Below, piece by piece: positions 17,664 through 27,112 of a stretch of 64,000 nt of DNA. The number at the start of each line of letters is the position of its first letter. Position 1 is the first letter of the stretch. Where the stretch lies: the IMG/VR virus record IMGVR_UViG_3300013105_000023, one strand, 5' to 3'. The notes under the pieces are model-generated. The model ran no database searches. It was not told where the DNA came from and saw nothing but the letters and a program-made list of their open reading frames with translations. Source of the DNA: an uncultured virus (IMG/VR IMGVR_UViG_3300013105_000023) (Duplodnaviria > Heunggongvirae > Uroviricota > Caudoviricetes). The position numbers were made by a program, and so were the translations under genes.

Positions 17664-19220
17664 TTAAGCGGCAATACGGAGAGCTTCCTGGAATTTCTCG
17701 GGGTTGGCGTCGGCAAGCATAGCGACAACTTCCGTCTGCGTGATGCCGGCTTTAACCGGTTCCACATCGCCCCAGTTCCAACCGATTTCACCGTCGGCAC
17801 CGATCGGGAAGTTCAGCCAATCGAACACTTCCTGTGGCCAATCGTTCATGACGTAGAAACCAAGGTTGATGGCTTCTGCGGCCCGAGCGAGCGGCACTTC
17901 GATCTCAATGGAGTCATAGACCGTACACACACAGCGTCCACCCAGTTCTTTCATACGGCGGTTCAGTTCGGTGAACACAATCAGGCCGAGCGTGGAGGCC
18001 GGCGACTGGATCATCACGTTCTGAGCATTACGCTTAGCCGCATTGAATGCCGCAGAGCCGCGGAACATTGGCAGCGTGCCGAATTCCATTTTGCGCTGGG
18101 CGAATGGAGTCACGACGAACTGGTTGTCCGCAGCCATAGCGTGACAGTCGGAGATGAAGGCTTTCACTCGAGGGTAGATGCCGAAGTACGCATCGACGAT
18201 TTCCTGAGCTTCAGACACTTCGATACCCAGGTCACGGGCGATGGAGTTAACCGTAGCGCCGTACAGGAGACCGAATGTGATCGCCTTGGCACCTTGACGG
18301 TAATCCTTGTACTTTTTGTGCTCCGGGTGGTGGTGGTCCTTCACGATGGCCACGAATTCGTCGTAGTCAATGTGGTAAATCATCGAGGCCGTGTACGAGT
18401 GGAAGTCCTTACCGGACACACACGCATCGATCATCGTCTCGTCACCGGACAGGGCGGCGAGGATCTTTACCTCACAGGACGAGAAGTCGAACGCCAGGAA
18501 CACGTAGCCGGCTTTCGCACAGTACAGCTGACGGATGTTGTACCCGTAGTACCCGCGGGGCAGGTTCAGCAGGTTCGGGTCCGACGAGGAGATACGGTGC
18601 GAACTCGTCCCGTGCAGGTTGTAGTTCGGATGCACCCGTCCGTCAGACTTGACCCAGTCGGCCACGTACGTCTTGATGAACGAGTTGTGCATCGACGCCA
18701 CGTCATTACGCTTCTTGATCGCTTCGAGCCACGGCAGCTGGTGTTGCTTGGCCAGGGCCTTCAGGGCATCACCAGAAGTCGAGTCGTCGCCGTGCTTGGT
18801 CTGAATCGGCGCCTTGAAGCCTTTCTCGACGTACAGGAACTCCTTGAGCACCGCCGCTGACGAGAGGTCAATACGCTTACCGATGGCCGTGAAGATCTGG
18901 TCCTCGGTTTCCGCCAAGTCTTCGATCATCCGGTTGTCCATCAAGCGGTTACCCAGGATGTCGTACTCCATCCCGACGATTTCCATGTCGCAAATGAACT
19001 CCAGGGCCTTGGACTTGATGTCAATTTGCTCGGAAAAAACAGACGGTGCGGTTCCGACCGTTCGCTGACCTTGATGATGCCAGACAAAGCGTGGTTTATC
19101 TAAGAGCTTAGGCATCAAGCTCGCCATGAGCTCCAACGTTCCCACGCAGTCGAGTCCTGCGTACGCATTGAGGGCGTCGTAATCGTACCACTCATACGTG
19201 AAGTTGGAAGGTTTTTTCAT
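17664..19220 (-). CDS. polA: Family A DNA polymerase, C-terminal part (ExoIII motif plus polymerase domain)
   Basis: YAGLD (ExoIII) at the N-terminus; motif A FDFSSCEVKILA, motif B RQGAKAITFGLLYG, motif C VYDS. Confidence 0.92.
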   Translation of the reverse strand: MKKPSNFTYEWYDYDALNAYAGLDCVGTLELMASLMPKLLDKPRFVWHHQGQRTVGTAPSVFSEQIDIKSKALEFICDMEIVGMEYDILGNRLMDNRMIEDLAETEDQIFTAIGKRIDLSSAAVLKEFLYVEKGFKAPIQTKHGDDSTSGDALKALAKQHQLPWLEAIKKRNDVASMHNSFIKTYVADWVKSDGRVHPNYNLHGTSSHRISSSDPNLLNLPRGYYGYNIRQLYCAKAGYVFLAFDFSSCEVKILAALSGDETMIDACVSGKDFHSYTASMIYHIDYDEFVAIVKDHHHPEHKKYKDYRQGAKAITFGLLYGATVNSIARDLGIEVSEAQEIVDAYFGIYPRVKAFISDCHAMAADNQFVVTPFAQRKMEFGTLPMFRGSAAFNAAKRNAQNVMIQSPASTLGLIVFTELNRRMKELGGRCVCTVYDSIEIEVPLARAAEAINLGFYVMNDWPQEVFDWLNFPIGADGEIGWNWGDVEPVKAGITQTEVVAMLADANPEKFQEALRIAA

Positions 19221-19230
19221 TTGGTCTCCT

Positions 19231-19254
19231 AAAAAAGCCCGACAGGAATCGGGC
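19231..19254 (-). terminator. Intrinsic terminator abutting the polA RBS
   Basis: GCCCGA-TTCCTG-TCGGGC-TTTTTT-AGGAG. Confidence 0.7.
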
Positions 19255-19277
19255 GGTGTTATAGCCTCCGAAGAGGC

Positions 19278-20156
19278 TTACACCATAAGGTTAATACCGG
19301 AGAGACGCACGCCTTCGTTCAGTGACAGCAAGAAATCTGTCGGGGTGAATGGCAGGTTCATCTCATTGTACTTCTCAATTACGGCGGTCAGGTTGGCGTC
19401 AGCCGCTGGAGTAGGGTCTTTACTCCACAGAACCGTTTCGGACGCGGCCAGATCGATATCACCCAGGCCAGCTTTCTCTGGGGCAATCAGTGACTTACGA
19501 TAAGACATCATCGCTTCACCGATACTAACGACCATCTCCATGATTTCTTTATCCGGAGCACCGAAACGCGGTATCGGCATCTCCAGCTTCAAGCCATTAA
19601 GAGCAGAATGAATGTTATTCATCCGGGCCAACATCTTGGCAAGGTGAGCCGTGTCGGGAATCAGTTTATCAAAATCCGTACGCAGTTCCAATTCAGCTTT
19701 ACTCAGGCCTTGCGGCGTCTGCAGAGCCATCATACGAGAACGATTATACAGGAGCTTGGCGAAGACAACCAGGCCGTCGGCACCAACTTCCAGATCCACC
19801 AAGCGAGAATGCATCTCTTGCAGCGGTGCCATTTTGGAGAAGATGTAAGCCAGGTCCGGAGTGGAGGTCAAACTGAGATACGTCAGAAGGGAGTTCACCA
19901 TCTGACTTTCTTGCTCGTTGTAGAAATACAGCTCGTCGATCAGTTGCGTTAACGCCGAGTGCAACTTCTTCGGCAGTTTGTCGGTTGACACTTTGAAGTC
20001 ATCCACCTCGTCCTTCGCGAGAATGTTCTTAACGAACATATCATCGGGCATCGGGTTCACGAGGTAAATCTTCAGTTCATTGAGGTACGGTAAGTTGAAT
20101 CCAATGTAGCGGTTATAAAGCTCGCGATCGATGGTTTGAAGATACGGGAGAATCAT
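19278..20156 (-). CDS. Hypothetical helical protein
   Basis: 292-aa ORF with its own promoter. Confidence 0.7.
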   Translation of the reverse strand: MILPYLQTIDRELYNRYIGFNLPYLNELKIYLVNPMPDDMFVKNILAKDEVDDFKVSTDKLPKKLHSALTQLIDELYFYNEQESQMVNSLLTYLSLTSTPDLAYIFSKMAPLQEMHSRLVDLEVGADGLVVFAKLLYNRSRMMALQTPQGLSKAELELRTDFDKLIPDTAHLAKMLARMNNIHSALNGLKLEMPIPRFGAPDKEIMEMVVSIGEAMMSYRKSLIAPEKAGLGDIDLAASETVLWSKDPTPAADANLTAVIEKYNEMNLPFTPTDFLLSLNEGVRLSGINLMV

Positions 20157-20173
20157 AGTAAAGTCCTTAGGTT

Positions 20174-20193
20174 GGTTACACCTTACTTATACC
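20174..20193 (-). promoter_or_regulatory. Phage GGTATAAG promoter
   Basis: GGTATAAGTAAGGTGTAACC. Confidence 0.75.
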
Positions 20194-20246
20194 TGAGCTC
20201 TGCCGCATTATGGAGGCTAAAAAAGCCCGTCCGTGGGCTTTCAGTT

Positions 20247-21743
20247 TTAGGCCGTGTGGGCCATTAGCATACGAGTCATCGTTGCCGTGTAGTCTTCCAG
20301 CAGAATGCCGTCGCGGTAACGAACGGACATCAACTCAGCAGCACCTTCAACCGGATGATCATACTGAAGAATCTCACCGAAGTTATTGAGGTACAGGAAG
20401 CGGGGACCGAACTTCGAGGCCTTGGTAGGATCCGTCGCCGGCTTCTTACCGATCGGGCGTTTACCGTTCGCGTCACCGATTTCACACGCCTTCATGGCGT
20501 AGCGTTCAGTGTCACGCACGACGTCCTGCAGCAGAGCGCCACCCATACCGAACGCCATGTTCTCAATGGAGAAACCGTGGGCCTTCACTTCATGACAAAT
20601 ACGTTCGATGCTCTCTTCGTTGATACCGTCGCCGTAAATCATGCGGACTTTCGGGTTCAGCACGCGGTAGCCCTTGGAGTTGATGGTGCCACCGAACTTA
20701 TCCCAGAGAATATACAACACGGCCACTGACTCTTCTTCCGGTACGCCAGAATCCGGACGGAGCACCAGGCGGGCGTTCATCGCTTTGATACGCTCGATGT
20801 TGGCCGTACCCCAGTGATCAGCCACGTTACGGTGGGCGTCGACCGAGTCAATTACTGACGCGAAGATCGGACCGTCACCGAACTGGGTGATCATGTGGTC
20901 GTTGAACGCGATTTCCTGTTCCGGAGAGAGTCCAAACGCCGTCGCCGTTGAGTGTTCAGATGCCGGGATGGTGCCACCGCCGGTGCCAGGCTCCTGATGG
21001 TAGTAAATCCGCAGGCCGTCAACGGCTTCAACGGTGTCGGTACCACGAGCACCGGTCAGCAGGTGAGCCATACCACCCAGCATTGCGCCTTCATGACCGG
21101 TCGCACCGCGGGCACCGAAGTCATTCAGCATGAACGTCATCAACGAATCGACGTCATCATCAGTGGTTTCTTCCAGGTGCTTACGGATAGTCGCCTGCAC
21201 GGCCATGCTGACGGCACCAACGGTGGTCATGTACCACACGCCACGGAGAAGAGCAGTTTCGAACGGTGAGACCAGCCACGCGAAATCGGGATGGGTTTCC
21301 TGAACGTACACCATCGGCACACCCGGCTTCACGACACAACCTTCCGGCAGGGCTTTGATTTCCACCGGCCACTTTCCGCCAAACTCGTCGACCACACGAC
21401 GGTAACCGGCTTCATTGAACGGGGCGCCGTACTGCGGGTTGAAAGCTTTCTGCAGATCAATGTGCTTGTGCGTCAGCGGACGCGTCATGAACTCCTTCAG
21501 GAACGGCTGAATGAAGAACGGGATCTTGCCGTGCTTGGCACCGAAACGGGCTTCGATGTAGGACAGCAGGTGGTTGGTGCCGATCGGGTACTGCAGGAAC
21601 TGAGAGAACTTGTAGCCATCCATCCACGTCAACGGGTTGAAGTTGTACTCGTTGAAGATGCGGTGACGTTCGTTCGGTTGGCCGTGCAGGTCAATCATCA
21701 TCTTGGCCTGGTGCTGAATGTTGCTGATAAAGCTCATATCCAT
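20247..21743 (-). CDS. nadV: Nicotinamide phosphoribosyltransferase (NAMPT/NadV)
   Basis: DGYKFSQFLQYP, LNDFGARG, PASEHS, RPDSG, GDG and FGMGGALLQ motifs. Confidence 0.92.
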   Translation of the reverse strand: MDMSFISNIQHQAKMMIDLHGQPNERHRIFNEYNFNPLTWMDGYKFSQFLQYPIGTNHLLSYIEARFGAKHGKIPFFIQPFLKEFMTRPLTHKHIDLQKAFNPQYGAPFNEAGYRRVVDEFGGKWPVEIKALPEGCVVKPGVPMVYVQETHPDFAWLVSPFETALLRGVWYMTTVGAVSMAVQATIRKHLEETTDDDVDSLMTFMLNDFGARGATGHEGAMLGGMAHLLTGARGTDTVEAVDGLRIYYHQEPGTGGGTIPASEHSTATAFGLSPEQEIAFNDHMITQFGDGPIFASVIDSVDAHRNVADHWGTANIERIKAMNARLVLRPDSGVPEEESVAVLYILWDKFGGTINSKGYRVLNPKVRMIYGDGINEESIERICHEVKAHGFSIENMAFGMGGALLQDVVRDTERYAMKACEIGDANGKRPIGKKPATDPTKASKFGPRFLYLNNFGEILQYDHPVEGAAELMSVRYRDGILLEDYTATMTRMLMAHTA

Positions 21744-21747
21744 GGGA

Positions 21748-21903
21748 TTATCCTTTAGCGATGTCAATAAAGAAAAGGGCTGCGTTAAACATTGCGGTAC
21801 CTACCAGAATAATTCGACCGGTAAATGCCATAGGCGTGCAATTACTGCGGCCCAACGACATGAAGATAATTGTCGTCAGGAAGAACCATTCCCCGTGTGT
21901 CAT
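21748..21903 (-). CDS. 51-aa 2-TM membrane protein (not in the ORF track)
   Basis: MTHGEWFFLTTIIFMSLG..IILVGTAMFNAALFFIDIAKG; ATGA-coupled to the i-spanin. Confidence 0.5.
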   Translation of the reverse strand: MTHGEWFFLTTIIFMSLGRSNCTPMAFTGRIILVGTAMFNAALFFIDIAKG

Positions 21904-22421
21904 TTGGTCACCATGTGGGTCGATTGGGGTGCCGCACGTTTGTCCAGAATCACCTCTAAGGCGTGGACGTAGTCGATGAGGCTGTTAAGCTGTCGGGTGT
22001 TTTCATTGGCGTCGTTGGCGAGACGGGCAAGATCCGCTGCAGTCTGTCGAGGAAGTTCACATCTCGCTTTTGCAGAAGGCTGGCTGGCGCTCGGTCCGTG
22101 ATCACCGGGCACGGCGGTGGCGGCTGGAACTTCTGGGACGTACATCCCGACAGAACCGTTAAGCAAAGAATCAGTGAGAGTTTGTGCATTCTTGCGGCCC
22201 TCCTGGAGGCCTTTTTGGTACGCCGCGTCGATCTCGAAGCCGGCCGTCGTGATGGCCTGCTCCTGGCCGCGGGCACCGTTGGTTTGTGTCACGGTCGCCG
22301 TGGCGTTCTTCAAGTCATCCTTCGTAGCACGGTTGGAGACACCGAAGTGATACACACCGATGGAATAGGCTGCGAACAGCCCAATCGCCAGAAGATACTT
22401 AGAAACAGGAGAAATGATCAT
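21900..22421 (-). CDS. i-spanin (Rz-like)
   Basis: N-terminal TM, helical periplasmic region, C-terminal A..A..A......L..L pattern, and a nested lipoprotein ORF. Confidence 0.8.
   Translation of the reverse strand: MIISPVSKYLLAIGLFAAYSIGVYHFGVSNRATKDDLKNATATVTQTNGARGQEQAITTAGFEIDAAYQKGLQEGRKNAQTLTDSLLNGSVGMYVPEVPAATAVPGDHGPSASQPSAKARCELPRQTAADLARLANDANENTRQLNSLIDYVHALEVILDKRAAPQSTHMVTK
21956..22189 (-). CDS. o-spanin (Rz1-like lipoprotein) nested in the i-spanin
   Basis: MHKLSLILCLTVLSGC lipobox, Pro-rich, AGGAGG RBS, alternate frame. Confidence 0.8.
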   Translation of the reverse strand: MHKLSLILCLTVLSGCTSQKFQPPPPCPVITDRAPASLLQKRDVNFLDRLQRILPVSPTTPMKTPDSLTASSTTSTP

Positions 22422-22794
22422 CGAGTCTCTTCTCCTCTGCACGCTCTTCCATGAAGCAATTGGTTTCAAGCTGGATGACCGTACGGTATTCTTCATCCTC
22501 TTTGTAGAGACGGCCCGTGGTCAAGCCCCGAGAGTGCCCACGAGAGTAACCCTCCCGAAAAGCAGCACGAACTTGCTCTTCGAGAGATTTCGACTCGGTC
22601 CGAGAAGGGACCAAGGAAAAATCGTCTTGTCTAGCCAGGAAGTGATAGTTACCGTCCGACACCGAGTAGAGCAGGCCGTGAGGTCCCTCCATACGGTGAC
22701 CAGAGATAGTTACTGTTTGTCCGGCGACCATTACTGTACGACCTTCGACGAGGAAGTCTTTCAGGAGCCGAACCGGCGTACCGATTTGATGCAT
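22399..22794 (-). CDS. Hypothetical protein
   Basis: Coupled ORF. Confidence 0.6.
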   Translation of the reverse strand: MHQIGTPVRLLKDFLVEGRTVMVAGQTVTISGHRMEGPHGLLYSVSDGNYHFLARQDDFSLVPSRTESKSLEEQVRAAFREGYSRGHSRGLTTGRLYKEDEEYRTVIQLETNCFMEERAEEKRLDDHFSCF

Positions 22795-22795
22795 A

Positions 22796-24034
22796 TTAAC
22801 CTCGAGAGAAAACGAGACGTTTGATGATTTCAGCGTGGTCTTCGAAGAGCTCAGAATCGGCCTTCAGGATTTCACTGAACGTGAACCAGCGGACGGCTTC
22901 GGCGTCGTCGTCGGCACGTACCTTCGGACGCTTCTCGAGACCCAGGTGATCCAGGTTAAAACGAGCGGCGTGCGTAATGGTGCGGCCACGCAGCGAGCGG
23001 CCAGGGTTGTCGAACACTTGGATCGGCTGCATGATTCGCAGCAGGTCGTCGTTGGCGACGGCGATACGGGTTTCTTCACGCAGCTCACGGATGATGGAGT
23101 CACGGATCCACTCTTTCGGACCGAGGAACCCGCCGGGAAGCGCCCAGAGGCCTTTGCCCGGGTTGAACTTGCGGCGAATCATCAGGATTGACGACTTGTG
23201 AGTCACGACAGCGTCGGTGGTCACGAAGGTTACTGGGTACGGTGCCATAGACCACGAGAACTTATCATCGCGGTAGCGCTGTGATTCCGCCCGCATGTCA
23301 AAGTAACGCTCAGACTTCACGTAATCTTCCAGGAACTGGTGCATGCTCGCCGGCGAGTTCAGCTTCAAGTGGGTCATGTCCGGCATCATCCGCAGGATAC
23401 GGGCGTACTTGCCGTCCACCTGGAAGTGCTGAATCAGACCGTACGAGTTGCCGATGAAGTCTTTGATCATCGCCGACAGCACTGGGCCGTCTTTCGGATC
23501 CAGCGCCTGCAGGATATCGAAGAGACGTGGCAGGAAGGTGTAATCTTTGGCCGGCTCCTGATCGAAGAGCTCTCGACGGAAGTCGGTGGCGTTCAGGTTG
23601 CGGTCATTTGGGGCGTTGTAAAAGTTCCACTGTGGGAAAGACTTGAGGTAATAAGATGATTCGTCCTTCTCATGGCCAACCAGGACGACATCTTCATCTC
23701 GAATGCGATAGCCTGACTCTGGCAGTTGCTCTTCGGCGTAAGCTGCCACGGCGTTCATGACGTTTAACTGCCACTGCTCTTCCCGGTAGTCGTCCGCCAG
23801 CGGTTTAACGGAGACCCAACGGGCTTCATGACCCATTTCCTGCAGGGCACCATAGATAACGGCTTCACGGTCACGGTAATTGAAAGGGTTACTCGGAGAC
23901 GGTGCCTTGTCGGCAGAGCCTACCAGAACTAAAAGTTGATCGGCCTTTTTCGCCGCTTCACGGAACAGGTGGATGTGGCCATTGTGCAGAAACTGCATGC
24001 GGCCGATTACTACAGCTAACTTGTATTGCTTCAT
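22796..24034 (-). CDS. Bifunctional NMN adenylyltransferase / Nudix hydrolase (NadM-Nudix, NatV-like)
   Basis: IGRMQFLHNGH, NPF, ALPGGF..RELREET, DDA and FEDH motifs. Confidence 0.92.
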   Translation of the reverse strand: MKQYKLAVVIGRMQFLHNGHIHLFREAAKKADQLLVLVGSADKAPSPSNPFNYRDREAVIYGALQEMGHEARWVSVKPLADDYREEQWQLNVMNAVAAYAEEQLPESGYRIRDEDVVLVGHEKDESSYYLKSFPQWNFYNAPNDRNLNATDFRRELFDQEPAKDYTFLPRLFDILQALDPKDGPVLSAMIKDFIGNSYGLIQHFQVDGKYARILRMMPDMTHLKLNSPASMHQFLEDYVKSERYFDMRAESQRYRDDKFSWSMAPYPVTFVTTDAVVTHKSSILMIRRKFNPGKGLWALPGGFLGPKEWIRDSIIRELREETRIAVANDDLLRIMQPIQVFDNPGRSLRGRTITHAARFNLDHLGLEKRPKVRADDDAEAVRWFTFSEILKADSELFEDHAEIIKRLVFSRG

Positions 24035-24091
24035 CGTATGGTTCTCCAAAACGAGTGAGTAGGGTGTCGGTCCTCCGAGCACCCAGACAGT

Positions 24092-24358
24092 TTATGAGTA
24101 TTTTTGAATCAGGTCAAGCAGGACATCACCGTGGCACGCACGAGGCTTACAGGAGCACCCCAGACGCTTGTCTTTGAGCTTCAGAAGCTCCTGGACTAGG
24201 TTAGGGTCCTCTTCCAGCTGGCGTTCAATGTAGGCCCGGTACAGCTCGATACAACGCTCCCGGCCGTACTCATTGACGCCAAACGGGTTACCCCATGGGG
24301 TGCCGCGACCGATGTACACGTCGAAGGGTTCGTGGTGGCGATTAACGACCGTAGCCAT
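24092..24358 (-). CDS. DUF4326 family protein
   Basis: DVYIGRGTPWGNPF..LGCSCKPRACHGDVL. Confidence 0.85.
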   Translation of the reverse strand: MATVVNRHHEPFDVYIGRGTPWGNPFGVNEYGRERCIELYRAYIERQLEEDPNLVQELLKLKDKRLGCSCKPRACHGDVLLDLIQKYS

Positions 24359-24695
24359 GGTTATTCCCCGGGGTTGGTAAATGATCCCACGCAATGGTCC
24401 AGACGGGGTTGTGGGTGTGCTGGTGAGGGGTGACTTTGTAGCCGGCGGCTTCCAGATTGGATTTCAAACCGGCCATCACTTCGGCAGAGCAAGGATGGGT
24501 AAGCTCATGCTCAATCTTAAAGCGCCCCAGATCAACGGCCGCGGCGATCTTACCGGCGATCTTTTTCTGGTGGCCGAGGACGAACTGGGCAACCTTTTGG
24601 TTGGTCTGCTCGAGAACTTGGTGGGCTGGCACTAAGGTTTGAGACTGCTGGTCATAAACAGCTGTGATTTGATCAGGATTCATAGGGTTATCCAA
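24342..24695 (-). CDS. Small alpha/beta paralogue family member
   Basis: I..A...G..LEAAGYKV..TIAW. Confidence 0.6.
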   Translation of the reverse strand: MDNPMNPDQITAVYDQQSQTLVPAHQVLEQTNQKVAQFVLGHQKKIAGKIAAAVDLGRFKIEHELTHPCSAEVMAGLKSNLEAAGYKVTPHQHTHNPVWTIAWDHLPTPGNNHGYGR

Positions 24696-24706
24696 GGGTT
24701 AAGGGT

Positions 24707-25018
24707 TTACCAGAATTTCCACCAGGGTTTGTCAGGCAGCGGGCCCCACTTAATGAGGCAACTGTTGTCGGTACCGAACTCCCAGTCACCCCGAAAGAAA
24801 CAAGCCCGATAGCCTTTTACCTTCAAGTTTTCAATGACGGCCTTCCGAACGTCATTACACTCTCGGTTTAAGCGCTTCGTCTCGAAGGAAGTCAAGCCTT
24901 TAGCCGCCGCCTCGAGAATTTCCCCGTGGATATAGGCTTCCGCTTTCAGCGTACTGTCAGCGAGCCCTTTTATCGTTGCGGCGAGTGCTTCCGATTGGTT
25001 TACCATAGGCGCCACCAT
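24707..25018 (-). CDS. Small alpha/beta paralogue family member
   Basis: ILEAAAKG..LKVKGYRA..LIKW. Confidence 0.6.
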   Translation of the reverse strand: MVAPMVNQSEALAATIKGLADSTLKAEAYIHGEILEAAAKGLTSFETKRLNRECNDVRKAVIENLKVKGYRACFFRGDWEFGTDNSCLIKWGPLPDKPWWKFW

Positions 25019-25302
25019 TGCTTTTCTTCAGGTTTTTCCACCTCACCCCAGGAAATGGTGTGCCATTGGTAACCTTCCTCGCCTACTTCACGGACGATCG
25101 AGTAGCCCAGATGCATAATGTGTTCGAAAGCGTGCTGGCGGACGAGGAAAGACGGGTGACAGACGAGAGTGTGGGTGACCAGAGTGGTCAGGTTTTTAGA
25201 GCAGGCCGCGAGGACCTGCGATTCTACGGCGTTAAGTACGTTCTCAACTTCCGTCGCCAAGGCCTCTGAAGAGGACAGGACTGCTGATTTTGCTGAAATC
25301 AT
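25000..25302 (-). CDS. Small alpha/beta paralogue family member
   Basis: VLAACSKN..MHLGYSI..TISW. Confidence 0.6.
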   Translation of the reverse strand: MISAKSAVLSSSEALATEVENVLNAVESQVLAACSKNLTTLVTHTLVCHPSFLVRQHAFEHIMHLGYSIVREVGEEGYQWHTISWGEVEKPEEKQWWRLW

Positions 25303-25442
25303 CCTTTGGTTCTTCCTTACGGTAGCGTGAACGGATGTAGCCATGCGGCGACATCTCCACGTAGTCACCGACCTTGTACGGTCCGGTGACGGGTTTTGCT
25401 GAAGGGGGAATGTGGTCGACCGGCTCGTATGAGTTCTGGTAA

Positions 25443-25832
25443 TCAACCTTCGTGATGCGTAACAGTTTCATGCTCCTCCTCCACCCGTGCAGTTTTGCCA
25501 TCAAATACCACCACGACGCCATCCTTCAGCTCAACCCCGTTGAGGTTCATGACGTTATTGTCAAAGTTAATCTGGCGGGTGTGCATTAAGTTGGCAAACC
25601 AGTTCGGTAACTCGTTAGCGTCCAGATCAACCTGCAGCTGGTCGCCTTTTACCGACTTGATGCGAACTTCCTTGGCTTCGGGGCGAAGAAAGTGGATGTG
25701 ACCATCGCGTTCGATCATAAAGTCACCCAGTCGAGGGGTTCCGCTGAACTGCATACAATCGGCGCCCTGGGCTACGGGACGCCATACTTCTGAACTACCC
25801 TCGATGTGAACTAACTCTAAGATCTCTTGCAT
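25443..25832 (-). CDS. Hypothetical protein
   Basis: GGAG RBS; coupled ORF. Confidence 0.55.
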   Translation of the reverse strand: MQEILELVHIEGSSEVWRPVAQGADCMQFSGTPRLGDFMIERDGHIHFLRPEAKEVRIKSVKGDQLQVDLDANELPNWFANLMHTRQINFDNNVMNLNGVELKDGVVVVFDGKTARVEEEHETVTHHEG

Positions 25833-26052
25833 TTACTTTCTCCAATAAGACATTTCGAAGTAGACCGGATCGGTGACGTACTTCCTCATTTCCCAAATGT
25901 TACCAGACTTACCGTTGCAAAAAAAGCTTGTATTCCACACACCGTGACAATTTATCTCATGGTGCATGTAAAACGTCTCGCCGGTGACCAACGTGACTTT
26001 GACAAAGTCGTCGCCATCCCGTGAGTACAGCCAGCGGATAAACTTGAACCAA

Positions 26053-26445
26053 TTAATCACGCGGGCACCAATCCCAGGACTCATTGTGCTCGTCCGCTTT
26101 AAGTGCCGCATGGAATGCTCGGTACGCCGCTTGCTGCTCCTCTCGGAGTTCGATAATGATGTTGCCACCTTTACCAAACCACTTATAGCAGAACCCCACG
26201 TAAGACTGACCGGTCTCGAACGTTGAGACGGATAGCATGCCGTAAGAGCGGGAGTACTCACCGTGATCGGTCGGTTTGCTATCACAGAGCCAAATTTGAC
26301 GACCACCGAGATGGCTATCCGAGCGGTGACTCGAGTGCACGAGCATGTAGAATCGCCCCGGGATCAGATTTGGCAAACCATCCAGGCCAGATTCAACCAG
26401 CCGAGGATGCGTCAGGTACTTCTTGAGGTAATCCGGTACTCGCAT
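26053..26445 (-). CDS. Hypothetical protein
   Basis: AAGGAG RBS. Confidence 0.55.
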   Translation of the reverse strand: MRVPDYLKKYLTHPRLVESGLDGLPNLIPGRFYMLVHSSHRSDSHLGGRQIWLCDSKPTDHGEYSRSYGMLSVSTFETGQSYVGFCYKWFGKGGNIIIELREEQQAAYRAFHAALKADEHNESWDWCPRD

Positions 26446-26776
26446 GCCGCGACTCCTTCACGTAGTATTTAGCAGGATCCAGAGCAGCGAACTGTTCCGG
26501 GGAGATGAACGTGCCACCATCAAAGTACCAACCGGGGCCGACGTCTTTGATGTGACAGTATGCTCTCAGGACGCCAGACTCACCCTGCATTAAGGCAAAG
26601 CCATCGCGGTTTACTTCCTGGACGGCCAGGAGCACACGCTTATGGCTTTGGACCGGTTCGGGGAAAATACCGTACTTCTCCAGCACGCCGACAATCAGCT
26701 CACGCTTGCAACCAATGTTCAGCACAGCCCGCAACTCATTGACGAGCTCACGGAACACATGAGGTTTCATTTGCAT
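26393..26776 (-). CDS. Hypothetical protein
   Basis: MKPHVFRELVNELR N-terminus; coupled ORF. Confidence 0.6.
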   Translation of the reverse strand: MQMKPHVFRELVNELRAVLNIGCKRELIVGVLEKYGIFPEPVQSHKRVLLAVQEVNRDGFALMQGESGVLRAYCHIKDVGPGWYFDGGTFISPEQFAALDPAKYYVKESRHASTGLPQEVPDASSAG

Positions 26777-27112
26777 TTAAGGATCCTTACAGAGAGGGGT
26801 TAACCCCGCTTTGATATACAGGTGGAGGAAGCGTCCAGGGTACAGCTTACCGCCGTGGTAAAAACCTTGGATGATCTTCACGTCCAGTTCCGGCCCGTGA
26901 GCGCCACGGTACCGGCATACAGCAACGGAGCGTCCACGGATAGTCAATCCAACCATGGCGTACAACCGCACGCCATTAATCAGAACGGGGACACAGCGTA
27001 CCGGGTCTCGACGGAGACCATGATAAAGCACCATATCCCAGACTTCCGCCGGGCGATCGTTGCGATGATACCAGCAAAGGAACTTTTCGATCGCCCGGTA
27101 GATTAGTCGCAT
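26777..27112 (-). CDS. Hypothetical protein
   Basis: Coupled ORF. Confidence 0.5.
   Translation of the reverse strand: MRLIYRAIEKFLCWYHRNDRPAEVWDMVLYHGLRRDPVRCVPVLINGVRLYAMVGLTIRGRSVAVCRYRGAHGPELDVKIIQGFYHGGKLYPGRFLHLYIKAGLTPLCKDP

Noticed and set aside
17637..18860. Long plus-strand ORFs such as the 407-aa one here, and those at 1480-2268 and 13442-14152
   Set aside because: They are antisense shadows of well-supported minus-strand genes and carry no motifs.
20247..21743. NARP1-type Namat pathway
   Set aside because: No PRPP-synthetase-like Adps gene lies nearby; the partner is an NMNAT, which fits NARP2.
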